Source: Sulfurospirillaceae bacterium (GTDB lineage: Bacteria; Campylobacterota; Campylobacteria; Campylobacterales; Sulfurospirillaceae). Taken from it: a stretch of 64,000 nt of DNA. The notes beneath the pieces are model-generated. The model did not search any database, was not told where the DNA came from, and saw only the letters and a program-made list of their open reading frames with translations. Of this stretch, positions 40,553 through 50,119 are shown piece after piece (positions within the stretch are counted from its first letter, which is position 1; each line of letters opens with the position of its first letter). The translations under genes and the position numbers were made by a program. The DNA is taken from positions 224,001 to 288,000 of the forward strand of contig JAWVXD010000002.1 of the NCBI GenBank assembly GCA_033723415.1. The letters are read 5' to 3'.

Positions 40553-41773
40553 ATGAAAAAGTTTTTTTTAAAGCAATTTAAATTATTGTTAATTGCTACA
40601 ACCGGCTTAATGCTGAGCAGTGTATCTGTTATTGCAGCAGACAATATTAAGGTAGGAGCCATTTTTGATCTCAGTGGAGGATTGAATATATATGGTATTC
40701 AACAAAGTCGAGCACTCCATCTAGCTGTTGACAATATCAACAATAATGGCGGCGTTAATGGTAAGAAGATAAAAGTTATAGAGTATGACTCACAATCTTC
40801 TCTTTCAAAATATACACAATTTACAAATACATTAATACGTAAAGATAGAATTGTTGCACTTTTTGCAGGACTGACCAGCTCTTCAAGAGAAGCGATACGA
40901 CCTATCATCAGAAAGGCAAAAATTCCATATTTCTACAGCTCATTATATGAAGGCGGGGCTTGTGACAAATATACTTTTGTAACAGGTGCATCTGCTTCTC
41001 AAGAAATGAAACCATTAATAAAATGGGCAGTTAAAAAATACGGTAAGCGTATTTTTATAATGGGTCCTGATTATAACTTCGGTACGATTTCCGGACACTG
41101 GATCAAAAAATATGCGAAAGATTTTGGAGCAGAAGTAGTCGGTGAAGATTATCTTCCACTAACAGCAAGTAACTTTTCTCCAACGATACAAAAGATCCAA
41201 GAATCAAAACCTAGTTTTGTAGTCGCCCTGGCTGTCGGATCAAATCAAATAAGCTTTTATGAGCAATTTTCTGCAGCTGGACTAAAAGGTAAAATAGGGT
41301 TGGTTTCAACAAACTATGGTTCAGGTAATCAGCAAGTTGTCGTTTCTCCTCAAGCCGGAGATGGAATCGTAACGTCTCAAAACTATTTTGATGTCATTGA
41401 TGAACCTGCTAACAAAATATTCAAAGCAGCCTGGATCAAAAAATATGGATATAAAGAGCCTATAACATCCGGAGCTGTCGATGTTTGGCTTTCAGTTAAT
41501 CTTTGGGCAAAAGCAGCACAAAAAGCAAAATCATCTAGCCCAAAATCAGTTGTTAGCGCCCTTGAAAGCGGTCTAACTTTTGAAGGACCAAACGGACTTG
41601 TAAAGATGTTGCCAAGATCACACCATTTACAACAAAATATTTACCTTGCCGAGGGAAATAACAAGCATCAATTTAAAGTGATCGCTACTTTTAAATCTGT
41701 AACACCTGATTTTGAAGAGCAAGTTTGTAACCTGATCAAGCATCCAAAAACAGCAAAACTGTTTGTTCCTTAA
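40553..41773 (+). CDS. Urea/amide ABC transporter substrate-binding protein (UrtA/AmiC-like)
   Basis: RBS AAGGAG before ATG 40553, signal peptide, INNNGGVNGK, SSSREAIRP, LYEGG, DYNFG. Confidence 0.88.
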   Translation: MKKFFLKQFKLLLIATTGLMLSSVSVIAADNIKVGAIFDLSGGLNIYGIQQSRALHLAVDNINNNGGVNGKKIKVIEYDSQSSLSKYTQFTNTLIRKDRIVALFAGLTSSSREAIRPIIRKAKIPYFYSSLYEGGACDKYTFVTGASASQEMKPLIKWAVKKYGKRIFIMGPDYNFGTISGHWIKKYAKDFGAEVVGEDYLPLTASNFSPTIQKIQESKPSFVVALAVGSNQISFYEQFSAAGLKGKIGLVSTNYGSGNQQVVVSPQAGDGIVTSQNYFDVIDEPANKIFKAAWIKKYGYKEPITSGAVDVWLSVNLWAKAAQKAKSSSPKSVVSALESGLTFEGPNGLVKMLPRSHHLQQNIYLAEGNNKHQFKVIATFKSVTPDFEEQVCNLIKHPKTAKLFVP

Positions 41774-41799
41774 TCGTTAAGGTAACAATACCATATAAT

Positions 41800-41823
41800 A
41801 GGTGAGCTATCTTTAGCTCACCT
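41800..41823 (+). other. Hairpin after the substrate-binding protein gene (mRNA stabiliser or attenuator)
   Basis: AGGTGAGCTA-TCTT-TAGCTCACCT, no U-tract. Confidence 0.7.
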
Positions 41824-41846
41824 CATCATTTAAGTTAGGAGAATTT

Positions 41847-42713
41847 ATGAGCCTAGATTATCTTGCAATAGTGTTAGCATCTTCGCTTTCCAACGTATCT
41901 ATTTTAATAATATCAACCATTGGGTTAGCTATTATTTTTGGTTTAATGGGTGTTATAAATCTAGCACATGGAGAATTTATTATGTTTGGTGCTTATTCTG
42001 CATTAGTAATTACTAAGACAGGTGTACCATTTCCAATCGCCGTTTTACTAGCAACTTTATTAACAGCTCTATTTGGTGCAATTGTTGAAAAGCTGATTAT
42101 CAGTAGGCTTTACGGGAGGATTCTCGACACCATGCTTGCGACCTGGGGTCTTAGTATGGTCATGTATGAAGCAGCGATATTGATCTTTGGAACCGTAACT
42201 CCAGGCATCGGACTTCCTCAAAGTACCTTATCTATAGGAAGCTATAGTATATCAACTTATTTATTGATGATGATTCCTACAGCTATCATCTTGATGTTCG
42301 GGGCTTATTATTTACTAACAAAAACTAAATACGGAGTGATGTCAAGAGCTAGTATTGCTGATTCAGCGACTTCATCAGCTATGGGCATAGAAACAAAAAG
42401 ACTGAATACTATAACATTCACACTGGGATCTGGGTTAGCCGGATTTGCGGGAGCAGTATTGCTTCCTATCGTTTCAGCCACTCCGAATATGGGTTTGGCT
42501 TTTGTTGTTAAATCATTTTTAATAGTGGTCGTTGCAGGTCCTCTGGCTCTCAGTGGAACTGCTGCAACAGCATTGTCTCTTGGTATGGTTTCAAATACCG
42601 TATCGAGTTTCTACAGTTCTGTTATCGGAGATATAATATTTTTCACAATTACAGTTATATTGCTCCGTTTTTTCCCTCTTGGGATCTCAAACAAATGGAA
42701 GTTTAAGCTATGA
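41847..42713 (+). CDS. ABC permease (UrtB/LivH-like)
   Basis: GLAIIFGLMGVINLAHGEFIMFGAY. Confidence 0.92.
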   Translation: MSLDYLAIVLASSLSNVSILIISTIGLAIIFGLMGVINLAHGEFIMFGAYSALVITKTGVPFPIAVLLATLLTALFGAIVEKLIISRLYGRILDTMLATWGLSMVMYEAAILIFGTVTPGIGLPQSTLSIGSYSISTYLLMMIPTAIILMFGAYYLLTKTKYGVMSRASIADSATSSAMGIETKRLNTITFTLGSGLAGFAGAVLLPIVSATPNMGLAFVVKSFLIVVVAGPLALSGTAATALSLGMVSNTVSSFYSSVIGDIIFFTITVILLRFFPLGISNKWKFKL

Positions 42714-44479
42714 AATTTCTTATACAAAATAAAAATATCTTAATCAGCTCAGTATTTGCTCTTATCGGTATTATGTTGGCTTTAGGTGCAGAACCTTACT
42801 TCCTTTATGTAGCCACTTCTTGGTTGATCTTTGGTATCTTAGGATTAAGTCTTGATTTGGTCTGGGGGAAAGCCGGTATACTCAGTCTTGGGCAAACTAT
42901 TTTTTATGGGCTTGGCGGTTACGGCGGTGCAATTGTCGCTATTAATTTCTCATCTGTTTTTGGCAATACTCTGTTATTGGCAATACCTGCAGGGATACTT
43001 ATAGGCGCTTTGTTATCCGGCATTATTGGTGCTATTATGTTTTATGGTCGCATGGGGCAATTGCAAGTAACCATATTGACCTACACCTTAACGCTTATCG
43101 TTTGGACTTTTAGTGTTTCTTTTTCATATAAAATCGGAGATGCCGTCATAGGTGGAGATAACGGCATGTCAAATATTCCGGAAATGATCTTATCTTTTGG
43201 CAAAGAGGCGGCAGGATTAAATGAACACGAAATGTTTTTTAGCGTTCTTGTCATAGCTATTGCTTCTTTGGCATTTTGTCAATATCTTATGAAAACCCCT
43301 TTTGGTAAAGTTATAGAATGTATCCGTCTGGATATTCAAAAAACTGAACTGTTAGGCTACAATGTAAGAAAATATCAAACGATAATCTTTACAATAGCAG
43401 GTGCACTATCCGGATTGGCCGGTGCTTTATTTGCCCTATGGGGAAATTATCTTAATCCAAATATTTTTTCAGTCAACGAAGCTCTTTTAGTTCCGATATA
43501 TGTTCTCGTTGGAGGCATTGGAAGTCTCATAGGACCTTTTTTAGGAGCTATAGGTGTCGGTGCATTATCATTTTATCTTGGAGGATTTGAAGGTGGACAA
43601 GCCACTTTAGTCATCGGCGTTATTTTGATACTAATGGTACTGTTTTTTGATAAAGGCTTGACAGGCATAGTAGGTAATATTCTTAGATTTATTAGCAAAG
43701 CAGAAGAGAATAAAGAAAAACCTTTAAGTATAGATGTCGGAGCATATGAAGATTTTGCAAAAACACCTCCAAAGATACTCAAAACTGAAAACGCATACAA
43801 ATCTTTCGGTGGGGTCGTTCCTGTCAATGATATCAGTTTAGAATTTGGCAGCGGTAAAGTTTCTTGTATCATAGGACCCAATGGTGCAGGTAAAAGCTCT
43901 TACCTTCGTGTTTGTGCCGGTGTTTATGATGCTGAAAAAGGCAATGTCTATCTTGGTGATCACAACGTAACACATTGGCAATTGGCTAGGCGTGTTCACG
44001 AGGGACTCGGTATAAAAATGCAAAAACCTCAGGTATTCACAACTTTCAGCATTAGAGAAAATATTTGGATAGCTGCTTATAGCCGTTGTCAATCCAAAAA
44101 TAGCGCAGATCAAATCACAGACAATATGCTAAAAATTCTCGGTGGAAAAGAGCAAGGTGAGAAAATGGTCAGCACCCTCTCACATGGCGAGCAACAATGG
44201 TTGGATATCGTCATGGTACTTAGTCTTTCGCCATCTGTTATACTTTTTGATGAGCCGGCTGCGGGTATGACAAAGGATGAGCGAAAAGAACTATCCGGTT
44301 TAATCGTTAAATTATCAAAATATAAAACTATCATTCTTGTGGAACATGACATGGATTTTGTCAAAAGCTTAGATCCAAATGTAACCGTACTACACCAAGG
44401 TAAGGTATTTGCAAGCGGAAGTATAGAAGAGATGCACAAAGATGAAAGAATTCTAGATATTTATCTGGGAAGGAAATAA
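42710..44479 (+). CDS. Fused ABC permease + ATPase (UrtC-UrtD / LivM-LivG-like)
   Basis: LDLVWGKAGILSLGQ permease followed in frame by GPNGAGKS, LSHGEQQ, LFDEPAAG. Confidence 0.92.
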   Translation: MKFLIQNKNILISSVFALIGIMLALGAEPYFLYVATSWLIFGILGLSLDLVWGKAGILSLGQTIFYGLGGYGGAIVAINFSSVFGNTLLLAIPAGILIGALLSGIIGAIMFYGRMGQLQVTILTYTLTLIVWTFSVSFSYKIGDAVIGGDNGMSNIPEMILSFGKEAAGLNEHEMFFSVLVIAIASLAFCQYLMKTPFGKVIECIRLDIQKTELLGYNVRKYQTIIFTIAGALSGLAGALFALWGNYLNPNIFSVNEALLVPIYVLVGGIGSLIGPFLGAIGVGALSFYLGGFEGGQATLVIGVILILMVLFFDKGLTGIVGNILRFISKAEENKEKPLSIDVGAYEDFAKTPPKILKTENAYKSFGGVVPVNDISLEFGSGKVSCIIGPNGAGKSSYLRVCAGVYDAEKGNVYLGDHNVTHWQLARRVHEGLGIKMQKPQVFTTFSIRENIWIAAYSRCQSKNSADQITDNMLKILGGKEQGEKMVSTLSHGEQQWLDIVMVLSLSPSVILFDEPAAGMTKDERKELSGLIVKLSKYKTIILVEHDMDFVKSLDPNVTVLHQGKVFASGSIEEMHKDERILDIYLGRK

Positions 44480-44480
44480 T

Positions 44481-45179
44481 ATGCTGGAGATTAAAAATGG
44501 AAGTGGCGGCTATGATAAAACCACTATTATTAGAGATATCAACATAAACATACAAGAAGGTGAAAAAGTTGCATTGCTCGGCCGTAACGGAGTAGGAAAA
44601 ACTACTCTGTTAAAGTTTATAATGCAACAGCTCAACTTATATAGCGGAGATGTTATTATGTGTGGAGAAAAACTTGGCAAAAGTCTTACTTCAAGAGCAA
44701 AACACGGAATTGGTTATGTTCCTCAAGGACGATTCGTTTTCGAGAGACTCTCCGTGCGAGAAAATATCGCCGCTGTTGCATATGCTAACAAATATGACGC
44801 CGATGAAGCGATCGAATCAGCATTGTCAATCTTTCCTATCCTAAAAGAACACCTTATGCGCGATGCAGGCTCTCTAAGCGGCGGTCAACAACAAATAGTT
44901 GCAATTGCCAGAGCCTTGGCGATGAAACCGAAGATACTGTTGCTTGATGAACCAAGTGAAGGGATACAACCTTCTATCATAGACGACATAGCGGTGGCAC
45001 TTAATTCATTAAATAAAAATATGGGCATGGCGTTGATCATAGCAGAGCAAAACTTTGATTTTTGTATGTCAATCGCTGAGCGAGCACTTATCATGGATAG
45101 AGGAACGATAATGAAAAAAGCAACGAAAGAAGAGTTGCATACCGACGATCAATTGCTAAAAGAATTGCTCGCAATATAA
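44481..45179 (+). CDS. ABC ATPase (UrtE/LivF-like)
   Basis: GRNGVGKT, VPQGR, LSGGQQQ, LLDEPSEGIQP. Confidence 0.93.
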   Translation: MLEIKNGSGGYDKTTIIRDININIQEGEKVALLGRNGVGKTTLLKFIMQQLNLYSGDVIMCGEKLGKSLTSRAKHGIGYVPQGRFVFERLSVRENIAAVAYANKYDADEAIESALSIFPILKEHLMRDAGSLSGGQQQIVAIARALAMKPKILLLDEPSEGIQPSIIDDIAVALNSLNKNMGMALIIAEQNFDFCMSIAERALIMDRGTIMKKATKEELHTDDQLLKELLAI

Positions 45180-45191
45180 AAGGTGTCAAAT

Positions 45192-45368
45192 ATGTGGAAT
45201 ATAGAAAATATGAAAATTTTTAGGGCTGCCCAAAACTTAGAAGAACTGAACCAAAAAGATTTAGAAGATATAGTAGATGTTCTCAATGACATGAAAAAAG
45301 ACACCGATAAGATACAAGCTTTAGAGATCGAGCCTTTCTTCGAATTTTCACCAACAGCAGAAGGATAG
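45192..45368 (+). CDS. Small GatC/AtzG-like amidase partner subunit
   Basis: About 58 aa, helical, ends IEPFFEFSP; fills the gap 3 nt before the amidase. Start may be 45183, 45192 or 45210. Confidence 0.6.
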   Translation: MWNIENMKIFRAAQNLEELNQKDLEDIVDVLNDMKKDTDKIQALEIEPFFEFSPTAEG

Positions 45369-45371
45369 TAA

Positions 45372-46760
45372 ATGGATCAAATTTGTGAATATTCACTAGA
45401 TGAACTTATAAAAGGTATAGCAAACAGAGACTTCAGTTGCACTGATGTTATGAGGGCTTATTTAAAAAACATCTCCGAGCATAATGAAAAAATCAATGCA
45501 ATAGCTTACATTGATACGAAGCAGTGCTTAGACGAGGCTAAAAAAGCAGATGAGCGTTTGTCAAAAGACCAATACGACGGTATCTTACATGGCATACCTA
45601 TAGGGGTCAAAGATAACTATAAAACTACGGATTATCCGACTACGGCTTGTTCCAATGTTTTCAAAGAACCTAAAAAAGATGAAGAAGACGCTACTGTTAT
45701 CAAAAGATTAAAGCAAAACGGTGCTATTGTCATGGCAAAGACTAATATGCACGAATGGGCCTATGGTGCGACCAATGAAATATCAAAGATCGGAAGTACA
45801 AAGAATCCATGGAATCAAGAATACATCACCGGTGGCTCAAGCGGTGGTTCTGGAGCTGGATTAGCCGCTTCAATGTTTCCTTGTGCTCTAGGCAGCGATA
45901 CGGGAGGCTCTGTGCGAATTCCGGCTGCTGGATGTGGTGTCTCAGGATTAAAACCGACCTATGGATTACTAAGTAAAGATGGTGTTTATCCACTTTCTTT
46001 TAGCTTAGACGTAGTCGGACCTATGGCAAAAAGTGCAAAAGATCTAGAGATTTTGTTTAAAACTATGCTTGAAGATGACAAACTTGATGAAATTGAACAG
46101 TATGAGAGCTTAACTTCTCTAGAAGGACTAAAGTTTGGTGTACCTGTAGGAATAAATTTTGAAAGAAATCCGGATGTAGATAAAGTATTTAAAGAAGCGA
46201 TAAATAAATTCAAAAGCCTTGGTGCAATTATAGAAGAAGTTGAGGTCCCGTTAATGGAACAAGGGCTTGGAGCTTGGAAAGCGATCTTATACGCAGAAGC
46301 TACGGCTTATCATCAAAATAATTTAAAACTTCACAAAGAAGGCTTTTCAGACGGTACAAGGATTATGCTTGAGAGCGGAGAGGGAGTTACTGCGGTTGAG
46401 TATCTTAAAGCTTGGCAATTTCGCGATTTGTTTATAAAAAAAGTCAATGAACATTTTAAAAGATATGATGCACTTTTATTCACGACACTTCCTGTTACTC
46501 CACCCAAAATAGGGGCAGGAGTAGTCAAGCTTATTGATAAAATGATCAGTTCTCAAGATTCTATGACATATTTAGCTTGGTTTGCCAATTATATGGGTTC
46601 TCCTCAAGTTTCTATCCCTTGCGGTTTTGGAGACAATAATTTGCCTGTAGGTTTGGCCGTTATGTCAAAAGCGATGGATGATTTCAAACTTTTACAGATA
46701 AGTAAGTGCTACCAAAAAGAGACTGATTTTCACAAAATGTATCCGAAGTTTATAAAATAA
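45372..46760 (+). CDS. Amidase-signature family enzyme (AtzE/GatA-like)
   Basis: GVKDN (Lys), GGSSGGS, GSDTGGSVRIPA: Ser-cisSer-Lys triad. Confidence 0.93.
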   Translation: MDQICEYSLDELIKGIANRDFSCTDVMRAYLKNISEHNEKINAIAYIDTKQCLDEAKKADERLSKDQYDGILHGIPIGVKDNYKTTDYPTTACSNVFKEPKKDEEDATVIKRLKQNGAIVMAKTNMHEWAYGATNEISKIGSTKNPWNQEYITGGSSGGSGAGLAASMFPCALGSDTGGSVRIPAAGCGVSGLKPTYGLLSKDGVYPLSFSLDVVGPMAKSAKDLEILFKTMLEDDKLDEIEQYESLTSLEGLKFGVPVGINFERNPDVDKVFKEAINKFKSLGAIIEEVEVPLMEQGLGAWKAILYAEATAYHQNNLKLHKEGFSDGTRIMLESGEGVTAVEYLKAWQFRDLFIKKVNEHFKRYDALLFTTLPVTPPKIGAGVVKLIDKMISSQDSMTYLAWFANYMGSPQVSIPCGFGDNNLPVGLAVMSKAMDDFKLLQISKCYQKETDFHKMYPKFIK

Positions 46761-46765
46761 AGAGA

Positions 46766-46841
46766 TGGTGGCCACGAGAGGACTTGAACCTCCGACCACT
46801 ACCATGTCAAGGTAGTGCTCTACCAGCTGAGCTACGCGACC
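46766..46841 (-). tRNA. tRNA-Val(GAC)
   Basis: Cloverleaf, loop TTGACAT, CCA end. Confidence 0.97.
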
Positions 46842-46893
46842 AAATATAAGATGGTTATATTACATAAAAATGGCATAAAATCTTCTTAAAGTA

Positions 46894-48165
46894 TTAGTAA
46901 ATTGAAGGTAAATATGTCGTCAAAAATGGGACAAACGTTATAAGCAGTAAATCTACGATCATGACTAGCAAAAATGGGACAATTGCTTTTGAGATATCGA
47001 ATATCTTACTCTTTGCAATTGTTCCGGAGACTATCAAACATATTCCAAGAGGCGGGGTAAGCATCCCTATGGCCAGATTAGTTACAATCATAACTCCATA
47101 AGTCAGAGGGTCCACACCCAAATTATTTAATAAAGGTGTTATGACGGGAACAAATAAGATCAAAGCTGCAGTAGTTTCGACAAACGTACCCATTATCAAC
47201 AAAAATAGATTTATAACAATAAGTAGAATATATTTGTCATGACTAATCAGCATAAATGATTTTGTTAACAACTCTTGTATATTATTCATCGAAAGATACC
47301 AAGAAAAAACAGTTGCTATGGATATAATTATCAAAATAATCGCACTCGTATTGATAGCATACACCGTTGATTTATAGACTTTCACCCAAGTAAGTTCTTT
47401 ATATATAAATTTACTTACGATAAAAGAATAAACAACTGCAACAGCTGCTGATTCAGTTGCTGTAAACAACCCTCCTAAAATTCCTCCCACTACGATAAAA
47501 GGAATCCCCAGGGCTAAAATAGCATCCTTGAATGCTGATTTAAATTTGGAAAAATCAAAATTTTTATTATCATGATCGATTTCTAGATTTCTTGTCTTGA
47601 ATATCACCAATAAAATAAGTGACAGTCCTATAATTGTACCAGGAATAATACCTGCCAAAAAAAGTTTCCCGACAGAAACATTGGCTATAAATGCAAAAAT
47701 GATCATAGGAATACTTGGAGGAATTATAACGCCTATAGAGCCGCCTGTCGCCACTATAGAGGCAGCAAAATTTTTGTCGTACCCTTTTTTCTTCATAGGA
47801 GGAATCAATACCGAACCCACCGCAGCAGTATCTGCAGCAGCTGAGCCTGAAACTCCGGCAAAAAGCATGCTTGAGAGTATTGAAGTGATAGCAAGCCCTC
47901 CCCTAAAGTGTCCAACTAAAGATTCAGAAAATTCGACCAATCTTTTTGACATGCCACCTTGATCCATAAAGCTTCCCGCAAGCATAAACAAAGGAACTGC
48001 CAAGAGGACATACGAATTAACTCCATCAAACATCTTTTGAGGAATCATGAAAAGCGGTAGATTCGATGTTAAAAAAGCGACTGTCGTAGATAAACCTATA
48101 GATATAAATATAGGGACAGACAACATAATAAGCGCTATAAGAAGCAATAAAAGAAGTAACATCAT
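46894..48165 (-). CDS. dctM: TRAP transporter large permease
   Basis: LLAVPLF, SGSAAAD, IIPPSIP, TPPLG. Confidence 0.95.
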   Translation of the reverse strand: MMLLLLLLLIALIMLSVPIFISIGLSTTVAFLTSNLPLFMIPQKMFDGVNSYVLLAVPLFMLAGSFMDQGGMSKRLVEFSESLVGHFRGGLAITSILSSMLFAGVSGSAAADTAAVGSVLIPPMKKKGYDKNFAASIVATGGSIGVIIPPSIPMIIFAFIANVSVGKLFLAGIIPGTIIGLSLILLVIFKTRNLEIDHDNKNFDFSKFKSAFKDAILALGIPFIVVGGILGGLFTATESAAVAVVYSFIVSKFIYKELTWVKVYKSTVYAINTSAIILIIISIATVFSWYLSMNNIQELLTKSFMLISHDKYILLIVINLFLLIMGTFVETTAALILFVPVITPLLNNLGVDPLTYGVMIVTNLAIGMLTPPLGICLIVSGTIAKSKIFDISKAIVPFLLVMIVDLLLITFVPFLTTYLPSIY

Positions 48166-48647
48166 TTGTGTGTCAATTCTTTTAAAATATCATCCGTACA
48201 ATACAATATCCAAATCAAAGCAGAAATAGGAAGTGCAGCAAACGGATATGCAAAAGGGATCTCTAATGTTGCAGTTTTTTGGATGATAAAAAGAGGTAAA
48301 AGTTTAATCGAGCCAACTAGTACGACTACCCAAAAAAGTAAAAAAATGATTCCGATCAAAATTTCTATATTTTTCTTATTTTTATGTGATAGAGCACCTA
48401 AGATCATATCTATTCTAATATGGGCTTTATGTTTGTGTGCCATCGTAGCACCAAAAAAAACTATGTAAACAAGTATATATCTAGCAACCTCGTTTGACCA
48501 GTATATAGAGTCATTTAAAACATATCTATAAAATACACTTACACTTAAAAGCACCGATAGCAATATCATAAGAGATACGACAAACAGACTGATCTGTTTG
48601 TCTATGATATCATTTATAAGTGAGACAAATCTTGAGATTTTGAGCAT
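48162..48647 (-). CDS. dctQ: TRAP transporter small permease
   Basis: VFYRYVLN, WSNEVARY, HIRID. Confidence 0.93.
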   Translation of the reverse strand: MLKISRFVSLINDIIDKQISLFVVSLMILLSVLLSVSVFYRYVLNDSIYWSNEVARYILVYIVFFGATMAHKHKAHIRIDMILGALSHKNKKNIEILIGIIFLLFWVVVLVGSIKLLPLFIIQKTATLEIPFAYPFAALPISALIWILYCTDDILKELTHK

Positions 48648-48648
48648 T

Positions 48649-49608
48649 TTATTGTGCTAAGATCATATCCAAGTACTTTTTGGCATCACCTTTATATATT
48701 CTTTTTAACGGCTTGACCTTTTCTTTGAAAGACTGTAAGTCAGGATGTTCATCAACGATCATGCCATTTTTCTTTAGATCAGCCAGAAAGAAACTTGCTT
48801 TTTCACGATTGAGCTTCCTTTCATAAAGAGAGGCTTCTTTAGTGGCTTCAAAGAAAAGTTTTTGATATTTTTTCGGTAAACTGTCGTAAAATTGCTTGCT
48901 GCCGACAAAAACAAGAGCAGAATATACGTGTCTTGTAAGAGTTAGATATTTCTGTACTTCATACAATTTATACTGATCTATGACAGCCAGAGGATTTTCT
49001 TGACCGTCAATGACGTGTTGTGAGAGTTGTGTGTATATAGGCCAAGGCATCGGAGTCGGATTAGCTCCTATATCTTTCCAGATAGCTATATGTAGTTGTG
49101 AGTTCATGACTCTTATCTTCAACCCTTTTACGTCCTTTGCCGAGTGAATTGGTTTCTTTGAGTTCGTAATATTTCTAAATCCATTTTCTAAAAAATGATA
49201 ACCGATGAGATTCGCTGATTTAAAATTGTTCAGGATATCTTGTCCTATCTTACCGTCAAGAACTTTATCAGCTTTTGCATAACTGTCAAATATAAAAGGA
49301 AAACCGATCGCTTTGATAGATGGAACAAACTTATCTATAGGTCCTGCCGTGATGACTCCCATCTGAAGAGCATTTAGCTGCAACTGTTGCAAAATACTTG
49401 TTTCATTGCCCACAGAACTTGAATGATGAATATTTACAACTATCTCACCATGACTCTCTTTCTCAACTATTTGTTTAAATTTTACCGATGCTTTATAATG
49501 AAAAGAATTTGGTGTGGTCACGATCCCTAGATTTACAACATATTCTTTTGCAAACATAACAACAGGGAGTAGGCAAAATATTGCAATTTTCGATAAATTC
49601 TTTTTCAT
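48649..49608 (-). CDS. dctP: TRAP transporter substrate-binding protein
   Basis: ENGFR, GLKIRVM (conserved Arg), IDGQENP. Confidence 0.95.
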   Translation of the reverse strand: MKKNLSKIAIFCLLPVVMFAKEYVVNLGIVTTPNSFHYKASVKFKQIVEKESHGEIVVNIHHSSSVGNETSILQQLQLNALQMGVITAGPIDKFVPSIKAIGFPFIFDSYAKADKVLDGKIGQDILNNFKSANLIGYHFLENGFRNITNSKKPIHSAKDVKGLKIRVMNSQLHIAIWKDIGANPTPMPWPIYTQLSQHVIDGQENPLAVIDQYKLYEVQKYLTLTRHVYSALVFVGSKQFYDSLPKKYQKLFFEATKEASLYERKLNREKASFFLADLKKNGMIVDEHPDLQSFKEKVKPLKRIYKGDAKKYLDMILAQ

Positions 49609-49657
49609 GATCTTCCTTTTTTATGTTTATTTTAGAGGCTCAATTCTACCATAAAAA

Positions 49658-50119
49658 TTATATTTTTTGGACCTTGCTGCGTTTTTTATCTATATACATG
49701 ATCAACAATATCAAGATGATGGCAAAGTCTATCATGACATCTGCAAAATTAAATACGGCAAAGTCAAACCACTTATGCCAAAACACGTAATCAACTACAC
49801 CAGAATGCGCAAATCTGTCATACAGATTACTGCTTCCTGCTCCATATATGATCCCTATAGGTAAGAAAAACTTGCGAAAAAACTCTTTTTCGTAAATCAA
49901 ATATAGACTTATACCTAAGAAAAGGGCAAGTTGAAAGTATTTTAGACTTTCTCCCAAAAAGGATAAAAGCGTAAAAGCGACACCTTTGTTATAAACCAAT
50001 ACCAATGAAAAATAATCTCCTTCCCATCTAAATCCGTTGATAAATATGGATTTTATGTATTGGTCAAGAGAAAAGATGACAAGAAAACCACAAAAAAATA
50101 TCAAAAATTTTTTAATCAT
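49658..50119 (-). CDS. lspA: Signal peptidase II
   Basis: DQYIK, YNKGVAF, NLYDR, VVDY, FNFADV. Confidence 0.97.
   Translation of the reverse strand: MIKKFLIFFCGFLVIFSLDQYIKSIFINGFRWEGDYFSLVLVYNKGVAFTLLSFLGESLKYFQLALFLGISLYLIYEKEFFRKFFLPIGIIYGAGSSNLYDRFAHSGVVDYVFWHKWFDFAVFNFADVMIDFAIILILLIMYIDKKRSKVQKI

Noticed and set aside
45372..46760. gatA of the GatCAB amidotransferase
   Set aside because: Catabolic transporter context; HEWAYG rather than GatA-type DEFAMG; no gatB nearby.
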